Source: an uncultured Collinsella sp.
GTDB lineage: Bacteria; Actinomycetota; Coriobacteriia; Coriobacteriales; Coriobacteriaceae
Direction of reading: 5' to 3'
Assembly (NCBI GenBank): GCA_900541235.1
Contig: UQIW01000008.1
Span: 5,910 to 69,909, forward strand
DNA: 64,000 nucleotides
Made by a program: the position numbers and the translations under genes
The notes under the pieces: model-generated
Told to the model about the DNA's origin: nothing
Seen by the model: only the letters and a program-made list of their open reading frames with translations
Databases searched by the model: none
In this document: in pieces, positions 18,101 through 24,985 of the stretch
Layout of the letters: each line of letters begins with the position of its first letter
Numbering within the stretch: position 1 is the first letter of the stretch

Positions 18101-18382
18101 ATCGGCGCATCGAAGCGCAACGTGGCCAACGTATTCAATGCCGAGACCTTTATCGAGGGCCTCATTGCCGGCGTCTTTGCTATTGTCGTCGTGGTACTCG
18201 TGAGCTTCCCGGTCAATGCCTGGGCGCTTGCTGCCAAACAGGTACCCAATCTGATGAGCCTGCCCGTGCAGGATGCGCTGGTACTCATTGCAATTTCGGT
18301 GCTGTTGACGGTCGTTGCCGGCCTGCTGCCTGCCCGCAGCGCATCCAAGAAGGACCCCGTCGAAGCCCTGCGCTCCGAATAA
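15131..18382 (+). CDS. Fused ABC transporter ATP-binding and FtsX/MacB-type permease protein, 1083 aa
   Basis: It has a Walker A (GPSGSGKTT), the LSGGQMQRVAIARAL signature and a Walker B (LADEPTGALD). The C-terminus has the FtsX-like motif ILRAIGASKRNV and TM helices. A GGAGAGG ribosome-binding site is present. Confidence 0.85.
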   Translation: MLELKGICKRYVTQSFTQVALDSVSLSFRDNEFVAILGPSGSGKTTMLNVIGGLDHFDSGDLLIDGISTKDFHDRDWDAYRNNRIGFVFQSYNLIPHQTILENVELALTLTGVGHAERRQRAREALEKVGLGEHVNKRPSQLSGGQMQRVAIARALINDPEIVLADEPTGALDSTTSVQVMDLLKDVARDRLVIMVTHNPELAYQYATRIVNLADGKITDDSDPFDVADVTRREAKPTRKTSMSFVTALGLSARNLMTKKGRTAMTAFAGSIGIIGIAAILALSNGVNGYIKKVEEDTLSSYPLTISKQDYDLSSMMGGQGAADDEASNGEDLSDGTGGKAKGTDKIPVVTAVKDMFASVKSNDMTSFKAWLDAGGDGIDKEVNAVQYGYGVSPVVYRAGKGDEKPVRLVPNAMTEAMSGGASSAATVSMESMGTSVFNEMIDDQSLLDSQYDVVAGHWPTSANEAVMVLSSRGTVGDYTLYSIGALDIDELNDLVNSAMTADGGVKAPETGTDFTYDDALSTTFKVLSPADAYRKNEETGMWADMSGDADFMAAKVADGIDVRIVGVVRPNETANASALSPGIAYTHALTRRLMERAADSQIVQEQLAHPETDVFTGKSFDELQGEAKQGVDLGSMFSVDEAALKSALSFDASALSGVAGGMDLSGLDLSGLDIDLSGVGRDIDFSDIMAKAPAPDFSGIFDGLELTPEQMQQVGTLANQLFEGFLQSDQFKALSPEDLKDASKLAAAFSTYLENDAAAQQILAQLKALGGDVLAERLQQAMTDYVQKQLAPYLQQAMDQLMKAVSEQIASTVSSQLKVGAAGLMDQMATQMSSSFANLASAMHVDASVFANAIHFNMDAEDLSSLMMSYAKASKLTYDNNLTTLGYADEADPISVKIFPRDFEAKERVLDHIDAYNKQVKAAGHDDRAISYTDYMGIIMGSVTDIVNTISLVLIAFVSISLVVSSIMIGIITYISVLERKKEIGILRAIGASKRNVANVFNAETFIEGLIAGVFAIVVVVLVSFPVNAWALAAKQVPNLMSLPVQDALVLIAISVLLTVVAGLLPARSASKKDPVEALRSE

Positions 18383-18410
18383 TGTGACAAAGGGGCAGTC
18401 CCTTTGCCAC
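18383..18410. repeat. Family A stop-codon-adjacent palindrome (TGTGACAAAGGGGCAGTCCCTTTGCCAC)
   Basis: It lies immediately after the TAA at 18380-18382. It shares the AAAGGGrCAG core with copies at 50911, 54638 and 55893. Confidence 0.5.
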
Positions 18411-18435
18411 GTTCGTTGATATGAGAGAAGAGTAG

Positions 18436-19389
18436 ATGATTCTATCGTTGGCCCCTATGGAGGGGATTACCGGGCATGTGTTCCGTCGCGTGCATGCGGA
18501 GTGCTTCGGTGCACTCGATTGCTATTACACGCCGTTTTTGCCGCCGCCGCGGGTGGGCAACCGCTTTGGCGGCAAGGCGTTTAAGGAAGTCGATCCGGCT
18601 AACAACCAAGGGCTTAACGTGGTGCCTCAGTTGATGTCCAAGAACGCGGACGAGTTTGTGTGGGCGGCACAGGTGCTCGCCGACATGGGCTACCGCGAGG
18701 TCAATCTCAACCTTGGCTGCCCCTCGGGGACGGTTGTTGCCAAGGGCAAAGGATCGGGCTTTTTGCGCAACTTGGATGAGCTCGAGGTGTTCTTGTGTGA
18801 TGTGTGCGAGCGCTCGCCGTTGCCGGTATCGGTAAAAACCAGGCTGGGGCTGGAAAGCGACGACGAATACGAGCGCGTACTCGATCTATATTGCCGCATG
18901 CCGCTGGCAGAGCTGATCGTGCATCCGCGCGTGCAGAAGGACCGTTATGCGGGCTCGCCGCGCAAAGAGTTTTATGGCGAGACGCTGGAGCGTGCGCCGT
19001 TCCCGGTCGCCTACAACGGCGATATTTTTGATCTTGAGGATATGGACGCGCTGGTGGAGGCCTATCCCGGCACGCGCCATGTGATGTTGGGGCGTGGCCT
19101 GCTCGCGAATCCCGCTCTGGCTCGCATGGTCAACGGCGGCCTTGCTGCCACGGCAGCCGAAGTGCAGCGTTTCCACGACACACTGTTTGCGGCCTATGCA
19201 GAAGAGATTGGCGGTAACGCGGTCTTTCGTATGAAGGAGTGGTGGTTCTACGCCAAGTGCGCTTTCGCCGACCCCACTACCGTCCACAAGCTCGTACGTA
19301 AGACCAAAAAGGTCGACGAATACCGCGCCGCCGTCGAGCGCGTCTTTCGCGAGCAGCCACTTGCGCCCATAGCCCGCTTCTACGGCTAG
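18436..19389 (+). CDS. tRNA-dihydrouridine synthase (Dus family)
   Basis: It has MEGITGHVFRR, NLNLGCPS and a TIM-barrel flavin-enzyme signature. Confidence 0.85.
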   Translation: MILSLAPMEGITGHVFRRVHAECFGALDCYYTPFLPPPRVGNRFGGKAFKEVDPANNQGLNVVPQLMSKNADEFVWAAQVLADMGYREVNLNLGCPSGTVVAKGKGSGFLRNLDELEVFLCDVCERSPLPVSVKTRLGLESDDEYERVLDLYCRMPLAELIVHPRVQKDRYAGSPRKEFYGETLERAPFPVAYNGDIFDLEDMDALVEAYPGTRHVMLGRGLLANPALARMVNGGLAATAAEVQRFHDTLFAAYAEEIGGNAVFRMKEWWFYAKCAFADPTTVHKLVRKTKKVDEYRAAVERVFREQPLAPIARFYG

Positions 19390-19520
19390 TTAGCCATTGG
19401 GGACGTTCTTTAACGACTAGTCATTTTAGAACGTCCCCAATGGCTATGTTGCAAAAGCTGCACGTCAGCATCCAAAGATGTCGAAAAATGTCGACTTTGG
19501 ATGCTGGTGTACATGTTTGG
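19390..19520. repeat. Family C composite MITE-like repeat, copy 1
   Basis: It has inverted GGGGACGTTCT/AGAACGTCCCC and ACTAGTCATT/AATGACTAG modules, plus a 19-bp perfect inverted repeat CAGCATCCAAAG...CTTTGGATGCTG around the ATGTCGA direct repeats. It is about 90 percent identical to the copy at 20495-20620. Confidence 0.55.
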
Positions 19521-19533
19521 GTGTGGTGGGTAA

Positions 19534-19800
19534 CTAGGCAATCATTGCATCAAGCGTGATGAGCTCCCTGAGTCGCTCCGTGCGTGTTTGCCCATGGCGC
19601 TTTGCTTTTGCGTCAAAGGCTTCAAGGACCGATTCGCCCACACGTGCCGACAAGACAGCGCTCGGCTCATCAGAGATCGGCGGCCTTCCCAGCTTAACGG
19701 TGCGGCCTTTCGGCCATTCATCTTTTTCGTAAGCTTCCGCGGCTTTCTCTAACTCTCCAGGGGCAAATCCCATCATTTTTTCAAGCTGCTCAGCATCCAT
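19534..19800 (-). CDS. Ribbon-helix-helix (CopG/BrnA-like) antitoxin-like protein, 88 aa, without an obvious toxin partner
   Basis: The sequence reads MDAEQLEKMMGFAPGELEKAAEAYEKDEWPKGRTVKLGRPPISDEP...LEAFDAKAKRHGQTRTERLRELI. An AGGAGG ribosome-binding site lies 5 nt before the ATG at 19800. Confidence 0.65.
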   Translation of the reverse strand: MDAEQLEKMMGFAPGELEKAAEAYEKDEWPKGRTVKLGRPPISDEPSAVLSARVGESVLEAFDAKAKRHGQTRTERLRELITLDAMIA

Positions 19801-20252
19801 GGCGCCTCCTATCGATCGACATAATGTCGAGCGCTGGTTCTCGGATTCCCTTTTTTGTATACAGTTTTGTAGACAAAAATACAAGCAGTTTATCGGGACA
19901 ATTAGCTTGTTTTGATCCGCCTGCTCGATAGGAAATGAGCATTGACGGTTTCGATACTCCTTTGCTTTTCAGCTTGGAATTTGGATGCTCGTTGAACTTC
20001 CGGAGGGGAGCGTTTTATTAAGCTATCGAGATTCTGGGCAGGAGCTCTCACCGGTCTTCGATAGTGGGACCAGCTTAATTCGCGACACAGTGTGTCGCGA
20101 ATTGGAGTAGTCGTTGGGTGTCCTTCAATGGCTAGTCATACAAGAACGTCCAAGTGCCGGATTTTGTCATTTAGTATCGTTCTCAGCGACTATTCTGGAG
20201 GGTCGTGGTCAATAAAGGGCAAATATGAGTACTGTTGCCATTATGGTTGCAT

Positions 20253-20414
20253 TTATTTTGCTATAAATAGTAGCTCCTGATGAGATTTGTTCCCATTAGG
20301 AGCTACGTTTATTGAACATATGAGGAGAAATAACGTCGTCTGCGGACGAGTGGAACGTTGAATAGTTCCTGAAGTGATCAAAATCGCTGCTACTAAACAG
20401 GTAGCAGTACTCAT
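20253..20414 (-). CDS. Small hydrophobic hypothetical protein (53 aa from an internal ATG; the ORF extends to a TTG at 20498)
   Basis: The sequence reads MSTATCLVAAILITSGTIQ...LFLLICSINVAP. It lies in AT-rich non-coding-looking DNA inside a repeat-bounded islet, and a weak AAGGG lies upstream. Confidence 0.2.
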   Translation of the reverse strand: MSTATCLVAAILITSGTIQRSTRPQTTLFLLICSINVAPNGNKSHQELLFIAK

Positions 20415-20494
20415 ATTTGCCCTTTTTTGACCACAGCCCTCTCGGAAACCCTTTCCAGAGGCGTCAAACAGCCATAATCCAAAGGCCATCTCAA

Positions 20495-20620
20495 ACAACT
20501 AGTCATTTAAGAACGTCCCCAATGACTACCTCTGCAAAAAACTGTACACCAGCATCCAAAGATGTCGAAAAATGTCGACTTTGGATGCTGGTGTACATGT
20601 TCAGGCCGTATGGGGTGGGG
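20495..20620. repeat. Family C composite MITE-like repeat, copy 2 (direct orientation relative to copy 1)
   Basis: AACTAGTCATTTAAGAACGTCCCCAATGACTA is followed by the perfect 55-nt palindrome TGTACACCAGCATCCAAAGATGTCGAAAAATGTCGACTTTGGATGCTGGTGTACA. Confidence 0.55.
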
Positions 20621-20644
20621 CCTTGGACGGACGGGATGCGCGTA

Positions 20645-20890
20645 CTAGAGCAGGTTCTTCTGTACCCATGCGATGATGTCGCTCGACTCGTAGAGCGGCT
20701 TTCCGTCGATGAACAGGCAGGGAACCTGGCGCTTTCCGCCGACGGCGATGAGTGTCTGCTCGGCTTCGGTATCGGTCGAGATATTGCGCTCGGGAATGGT
20801 CACGCCGTTATCGGCAAGGAAACGCTTGACCTTTAAGCAATACGGGCAGCCGGTCATAACGAACAGCGCGAGCTCATGATTAGTAGCCAT
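20645..20890 (-). CDS. Glutaredoxin/NrdH-like small redox protein
   Basis: It has a CPYC active site (FVMTGCPYCLKVK). GGAGA lies 4 nt before the ATG at 20890. Confidence 0.7.
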   Translation of the reverse strand: MATNHELALFVMTGCPYCLKVKRFLADNGVTIPERNISTDTEAEQTLIAVGGKRQVPCLFIDGKPLYESSDIIAWVQKNLL

Positions 20891-20941
20891 AGGTCTCCAA
20901 TCGGTTGCGGTTTTGATTGAAATACCCAAAGCCGCCGCAGT

Positions 20942-21769
20942 CTATGCGCGCGTCAACGACGACTCGATGGCCTGTACCAGAAACGCCGTGGCTCCGGTGC
21001 CACAGGGCTTGTCGTAGTAGTCGATAAAACGCCGATCGGCAAGATAGCCGTGGGCGAGGCCCAGGTATGCTTCGTCTTGGGGTTCGTGTCCCCAGTTGAG
21101 ACCAATCCAACGACGATGTATCGCGACGAGCTTGCGAGCCTCGTTGCTCTCTGGGTCGCCAATGCCCATGGCAATCGAAAGCTGGCCCAGAACAGCGCGT
21201 TCAAGTTCCTTCATGTCGTTCCATGTCTGAGGATCCATGTCCAGTAGCGTTTCGTTTGCTGCATCGATAGCCTCATCGCCATAGCGCACCCGGGCTTCGG
21301 CACCGTAGCGCTCCTCGTTTTCTTGCACGGCGCGCCAGCGCTCCAGTTGCGGCAGGACGGCGCCCATGAGCGAGACGGCTTCGTCGAGCGACATGCCGGT
21401 GTTTTGCGCCAGCCGCGGGGCACAGTCCTCGATCATCGCCTCCATCGTGGTGTCGTAGGTGTACTTGCCGTGGTCGTAGCACCACTTGCAGTAATGGTCG
21501 GTCGTGGCGCCCGCGGCGTCGGTGCCGCAGTCGTTGGGCGTGAGTATCATGCCGCAGCTCTGACAATAGTGCTCGGGCATTTCGAGCAGATGAGACAGGG
21601 GCTCGCCGGTTACGGCGGCAATGAGCTTCATCATGTCGATGCCCGGGGTGACCTCGTCGCGCTCCCAACGGCTGACGGCTTGGCGTGTGACGAAGAGCTT
21701 GGCGGCGAGCTGCTCTTGGGTAAGGTGATGGGCGCGACGGATGGCAATGAGCTTTTCTGCAAAGGCCAT
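20942..21769 (-). CDS. Transcriptional regulator with an XRE HTH N-terminus, a central zinc ribbon and a TipAS-like C-terminal domain
   Basis: It has an N-terminal HTH_XRE (MAFAEKLIAIRRAHHLTQEQLAAKLFVTRQAVSRWE) and a CxxC...CxxC zinc ribbon (CQSCG...CKWC). The C-terminus is TipAS-like (IHRRWIGLNWGHEP...GLAHGYLADRRFIDYYDK). Confidence 0.7.
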   Translation of the reverse strand: MAFAEKLIAIRRAHHLTQEQLAAKLFVTRQAVSRWERDEVTPGIDMMKLIAAVTGEPLSHLLEMPEHYCQSCGMILTPNDCGTDAAGATTDHYCKWCYDHGKYTYDTTMEAMIEDCAPRLAQNTGMSLDEAVSLMGAVLPQLERWRAVQENEERYGAEARVRYGDEAIDAANETLLDMDPQTWNDMKELERAVLGQLSIAMGIGDPESNEARKLVAIHRRWIGLNWGHEPQDEAYLGLAHGYLADRRFIDYYDKPCGTGATAFLVQAIESSLTRA

Positions 21770-21901
21770 AACGGCTCCTTTCTGCTGGTTGATGGCTTAA
21801 GCATACGCGGCGGCAGGCGCCCTTCCAAGCAACCGTTGGTTGCACGACGGGAGACCGCGGCGAAGAATTGCGCGCAACGCCCCACGCCTCCATGCCGTAC
21901 A

Positions 21902-22648
21902 ATGACCGGCATGGAACCTATTGCACACATACATACCGACCTGCCGCAGAAGTTCGGCATTCCGCGCAACAGCTTTTTGGCGCCCCATCTGCAGGGGCGC
22001 ATCGTCTTTGAGCCGGAATTTGCCTCCAATGCAGCGGTTGAGGGTCTGGACTCCTTCTCTCACCTATGGCTGCTGTGGCGCTTCGAAAACGGCACGCCCG
22101 GCGGCACGGCTAAGGACATAGCTGCCGATGCCAAGTCGCAGGACAGGTCCGGCACCAATGCAAAATGGTCGAAAACCGTGCGTCCGCCGCGTCTAGGTGG
22201 AGCCGAGCGCGTGGGAGTGTTTGCCACGCGCAGTCCGTTTCGCCCGAATCCCATCGGGCTCACCTGCGTCAAGCTCGACCGCGTGGAGCTTACCGACGAT
22301 GGCCCCATCATCCATGTGCTGGGGGCCGATCTACGCGACGGCACGCCCATCTACGACATTAAGCCCTACATTCCGTTTGCAGACTGCCACCCGGATGCAA
22401 CGGGCGGCTGGATTGAGGACGCCCCGTGGCAAGAGCTCGACGTCGAGTTTCCGCAAGCGCTGCAGGATATGGTCTCGCCCGCAAAGCTCCCCGGCTTGGT
22501 CGAGGTTCTTCGCCAAGATCCGCGCCGCGCGGGCAGCAAGCACGAGCCAAACCGCGTTTACCACTTGGCTTACGCCGGGCTCGACATATCGTTTACGGTC
22601 GACGGAGCCAGGTTGACGGTAACCGCCATCAGCGACGCGCGGGACTAA
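21902..22648 (+). CDS. trmO: tRNA (adenine37-N6)-methyltransferase TrmO (TsaA/YaeB family)
   Basis: It has SHLWLLWRF and the TsaA beta-barrel motifs (GVFATRSPFRPNPIGLT). Confidence 0.8.
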   Translation: MTGMEPIAHIHTDLPQKFGIPRNSFLAPHLQGRIVFEPEFASNAAVEGLDSFSHLWLLWRFENGTPGGTAKDIAADAKSQDRSGTNAKWSKTVRPPRLGGAERVGVFATRSPFRPNPIGLTCVKLDRVELTDDGPIIHVLGADLRDGTPIYDIKPYIPFADCHPDATGGWIEDAPWQELDVEFPQALQDMVSPAKLPGLVEVLRQDPRRAGSKHEPNRVYHLAYAGLDISFTVDGARLTVTAISDARD

Positions 22649-22756
22649 CCATCCGTCCGTATCCGTCAAAAACAACGCCAAACCCCATGTCAAAACCGCC
22701 CACGCTGGTGGACAATAACGCCTATCGAAACAGTCTACTTCGCACGGGAGCTCAGC

Positions 22757-23971
22757 ATGAAATACGACTTTAGCTCGCTTATCGACCGCCATGGCATGGA
22801 TTCCATCGCCGTTGACTCCTGGGGCGAGATCCCCGACATGGCTCCGAACGCACCCGACGAGGGTTTCGACCGCATCCCCATGTGGGTGGCGGATATGAAC
22901 TTTGCCACGGTGCCCACGGTCCAGGAACACATCATTCAGCGCGCCCAGCATCCCATGTTTGGCTACTTTAACCCGCGCTCCGAGTACTTCGACCGCATCA
23001 TCGAATGGCAGAGCCGCCGCAATGGCGTCGAGGGTCTGCGCCCTGAACATATCGGTTACGAAAACGGCGTGCTGGGCGGTGTCGTGTCGACGCTGCGCGC
23101 GTATGTCCAGCCGGGCGATGCGGTGCTGGTCCACAGCCCCACCTACATCGGCTTTACCAAGTCTATCGAAGCCGCGGGCTATCGTATTGTCCACAGCCCG
23201 CTTAAGCTCGATGATCAGGGCGTGTGGCGCATGGACTTTGAGGACATGGAGCGCAAGCTCGCTCAAAACCACATCCATGCCGCGGTATTCTGCTCGCCGC
23301 ACAATCCCTGCGGCCGCGTATGGGAGCGCGACGAGATTGAGCGCGCCATGGACATCTATTGCCAGCACGATTGCGTGGTGATCTCGGACGAGATTTGGTC
23401 CGATATCATTCTGCCGGGTCACAAGCATATTCCGACGCAGTCGGTGAGCGAGGATGCCCGCATGCGCACGGTTGCCCTCTATGCGCCGAGCAAGACGTTC
23501 AACCTGGCGGGCTTGGTCGGCAGCTACCACATCATCTATAACGAGACGCTGCGCGACCGCGTGTGCGCCGTGTCCAACAAGACCCACTACAACGAGATGA
23601 ACGTCCTCTCCATGCACGCGCTTATCGGTGCCTACCAGCCGCAAGGCTACGAGTGGGTGGACGAGCTCAACCAGGTGCTTGCCGGCAATATCGAGTACTT
23701 CTGCGATTACGTTGACGAGCATTTTGAGGGCGTGTCCTATTCGCGTCCGCAGGGCACGTACATGGTGTTTCCGGACTGCACCGAGTGGTGCCGCGAACAT
23801 GGCCGCGATATTCAGTGGCTGCTCGATGAGGGAGCGCGCGTGGGCGTTGGCTACCAGGATGGCCGTCCGTTCCACGGACCCTGCCACATTCGCGTGAATC
23901 TGGCGCTGCCGCTTTCGCGCGTAAGGGAAGCGTGCGACCGCCTGGACCGCTACGTTTTTAATGCACGGTAA
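22757..23971 (+). CDS. MalY/PatB-family PLP-dependent C-S lyase (aminotransferase class I/II)
   Basis: The 404-aa protein starts MKYDFSSLIDRHGMDSIAV and has the PLP lysine region (SKTFNLAGL). The 572-aa ORF on the opposite strand has junk composition. Confidence 0.85.
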   Translation: MKYDFSSLIDRHGMDSIAVDSWGEIPDMAPNAPDEGFDRIPMWVADMNFATVPTVQEHIIQRAQHPMFGYFNPRSEYFDRIIEWQSRRNGVEGLRPEHIGYENGVLGGVVSTLRAYVQPGDAVLVHSPTYIGFTKSIEAAGYRIVHSPLKLDDQGVWRMDFEDMERKLAQNHIHAAVFCSPHNPCGRVWERDEIERAMDIYCQHDCVVISDEIWSDIILPGHKHIPTQSVSEDARMRTVALYAPSKTFNLAGLVGSYHIIYNETLRDRVCAVSNKTHYNEMNVLSMHALIGAYQPQGYEWVDELNQVLAGNIEYFCDYVDEHFEGVSYSRPQGTYMVFPDCTEWCREHGRDIQWLLDEGARVGVGYQDGRPFHGPCHIRVNLALPLSRVREACDRLDRYVFNAR

Positions 23972-24115
23972 GTGAGCACTGCATGCGGGGCCTTCTGCCA
24001 AGTCGGCTGGAAGGTCCCACACGGTAAAGCGCCTGTAACAATTGGGCACTCGTGTGGTTTTGTTTGCTATTATCTTTAACCATTTAAGTCTGTAAACAGG
24101 ATCGTATGGAGCTCG

Positions 24116-24985
24116 ATGAAAAGATCCCGTCGCTCGGTTGCCATTTCGTTGTTTGTTGCGCTTGCAGTGGCGAGCGTCTTTGTCGTAGCGATAGCTGGCT
24201 GCTCCGGGTCGAATGACGGAGCCTCGACGTCTGCATTAGAAGGTCTGGACGCCTCGCAAGTCAAAGACGACGACCTTAAGACGCTCAACGTCGGAAGCGA
24301 CCTCTATCCACCGTTTGTGTATACCGACGAGTACGGCGATATCGTTGGCCTGGATGTCGAGATATTGACCGAGGCTTTGGCTCGCATTGGTTACAAGCCA
24401 AAATACCAGCTGATCGACTGGGAAAAGAAGAAGGAGCTGCTGGCGAGCGGCGAACTCGATTGTGTCATGGGCAGCTTTAGTATGACGGGTCGCGAAAACG
24501 AATATCGTTGGGCCGGCCCGTACCTTGCGAGCCGCCAGGTGGTCGCGGTCGATCCCCAGAGCGATATCTACACGCTTGCCGATCTTGAGGATAAGATCGT
24601 GGCGGTTCAGTCCACCACCAAGCCCGAGGACATTTTGCTCAATCGCATAAATGAAAACGTTCCGCAGATCAAGGAACTCTACAGCTTTTCGGACGGTTCA
24701 TACCTGAACCCGGCGCTCGTCGAGGGCCTGGTCGACGCTATCGCCGCGCATGAGTCCTCGTTCCTCACCTACGAAAAAGACTATGGTGTGACATATCGCA
24801 TTTTGGATGAGCCGCTGCTAGAGGTCGGTTTGGGCACCGCTTTCGATATCAACGATACGCGTGGCATCGACGTCAAGCTCACTCATGCCTACCAAGAAAT
24901 GCTTGCCGATGGCACCATGGAACGCCTGGTGTCAAAGTACTTCGATGACCCTTCGCCATTTTTGAATATGGAGGGCCTGTCATGA
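24116..24985 (+). CDS. Amino-acid ABC-type substrate-binding lipoprotein (SBP_bac_3 family)
   Basis: It has a signal peptide and lipobox (IAGCSG) and a periplasmic-binding fold. It overlaps the downstream kinase start by 4 nt. Confidence 0.8.
   Translation: MKRSRRSVAISLFVALAVASVFVVAIAGCSGSNDGASTSALEGLDASQVKDDDLKTLNVGSDLYPPFVYTDEYGDIVGLDVEILTEALARIGYKPKYQLIDWEKKKELLASGELDCVMGSFSMTGRENEYRWAGPYLASRQVVAVDPQSDIYTLADLEDKIVAVQSTTKPEDILLNRINENVPQIKELYSFSDGSYLNPALVEGLVDAIAAHESSFLTYEKDYGVTYRILDEPLLEVGLGTAFDINDTRGIDVKLTHAYQEMLADGTMERLVSKYFDDPSPFLNMEGLS

Noticed and set aside
20265-20325. Hammerhead-ribozyme-like CUGAUGAG string
   Set aside because: CUGAUGAG sits in the loop of a GUAGCUCC/GGAGCUAC hairpin. 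No stem II hairpin follows it, and there is no GAAA plus stem III arrangement. It is most likely coincidental.
22331-24049. 572-aa minus-strand ORF
   Set aside because: It is antisense to the well-supported PatB/MalY C-S lyase and TrmO genes. Its composition is junk (MPNCYRRFTVWDLPADL...), with no motifs.
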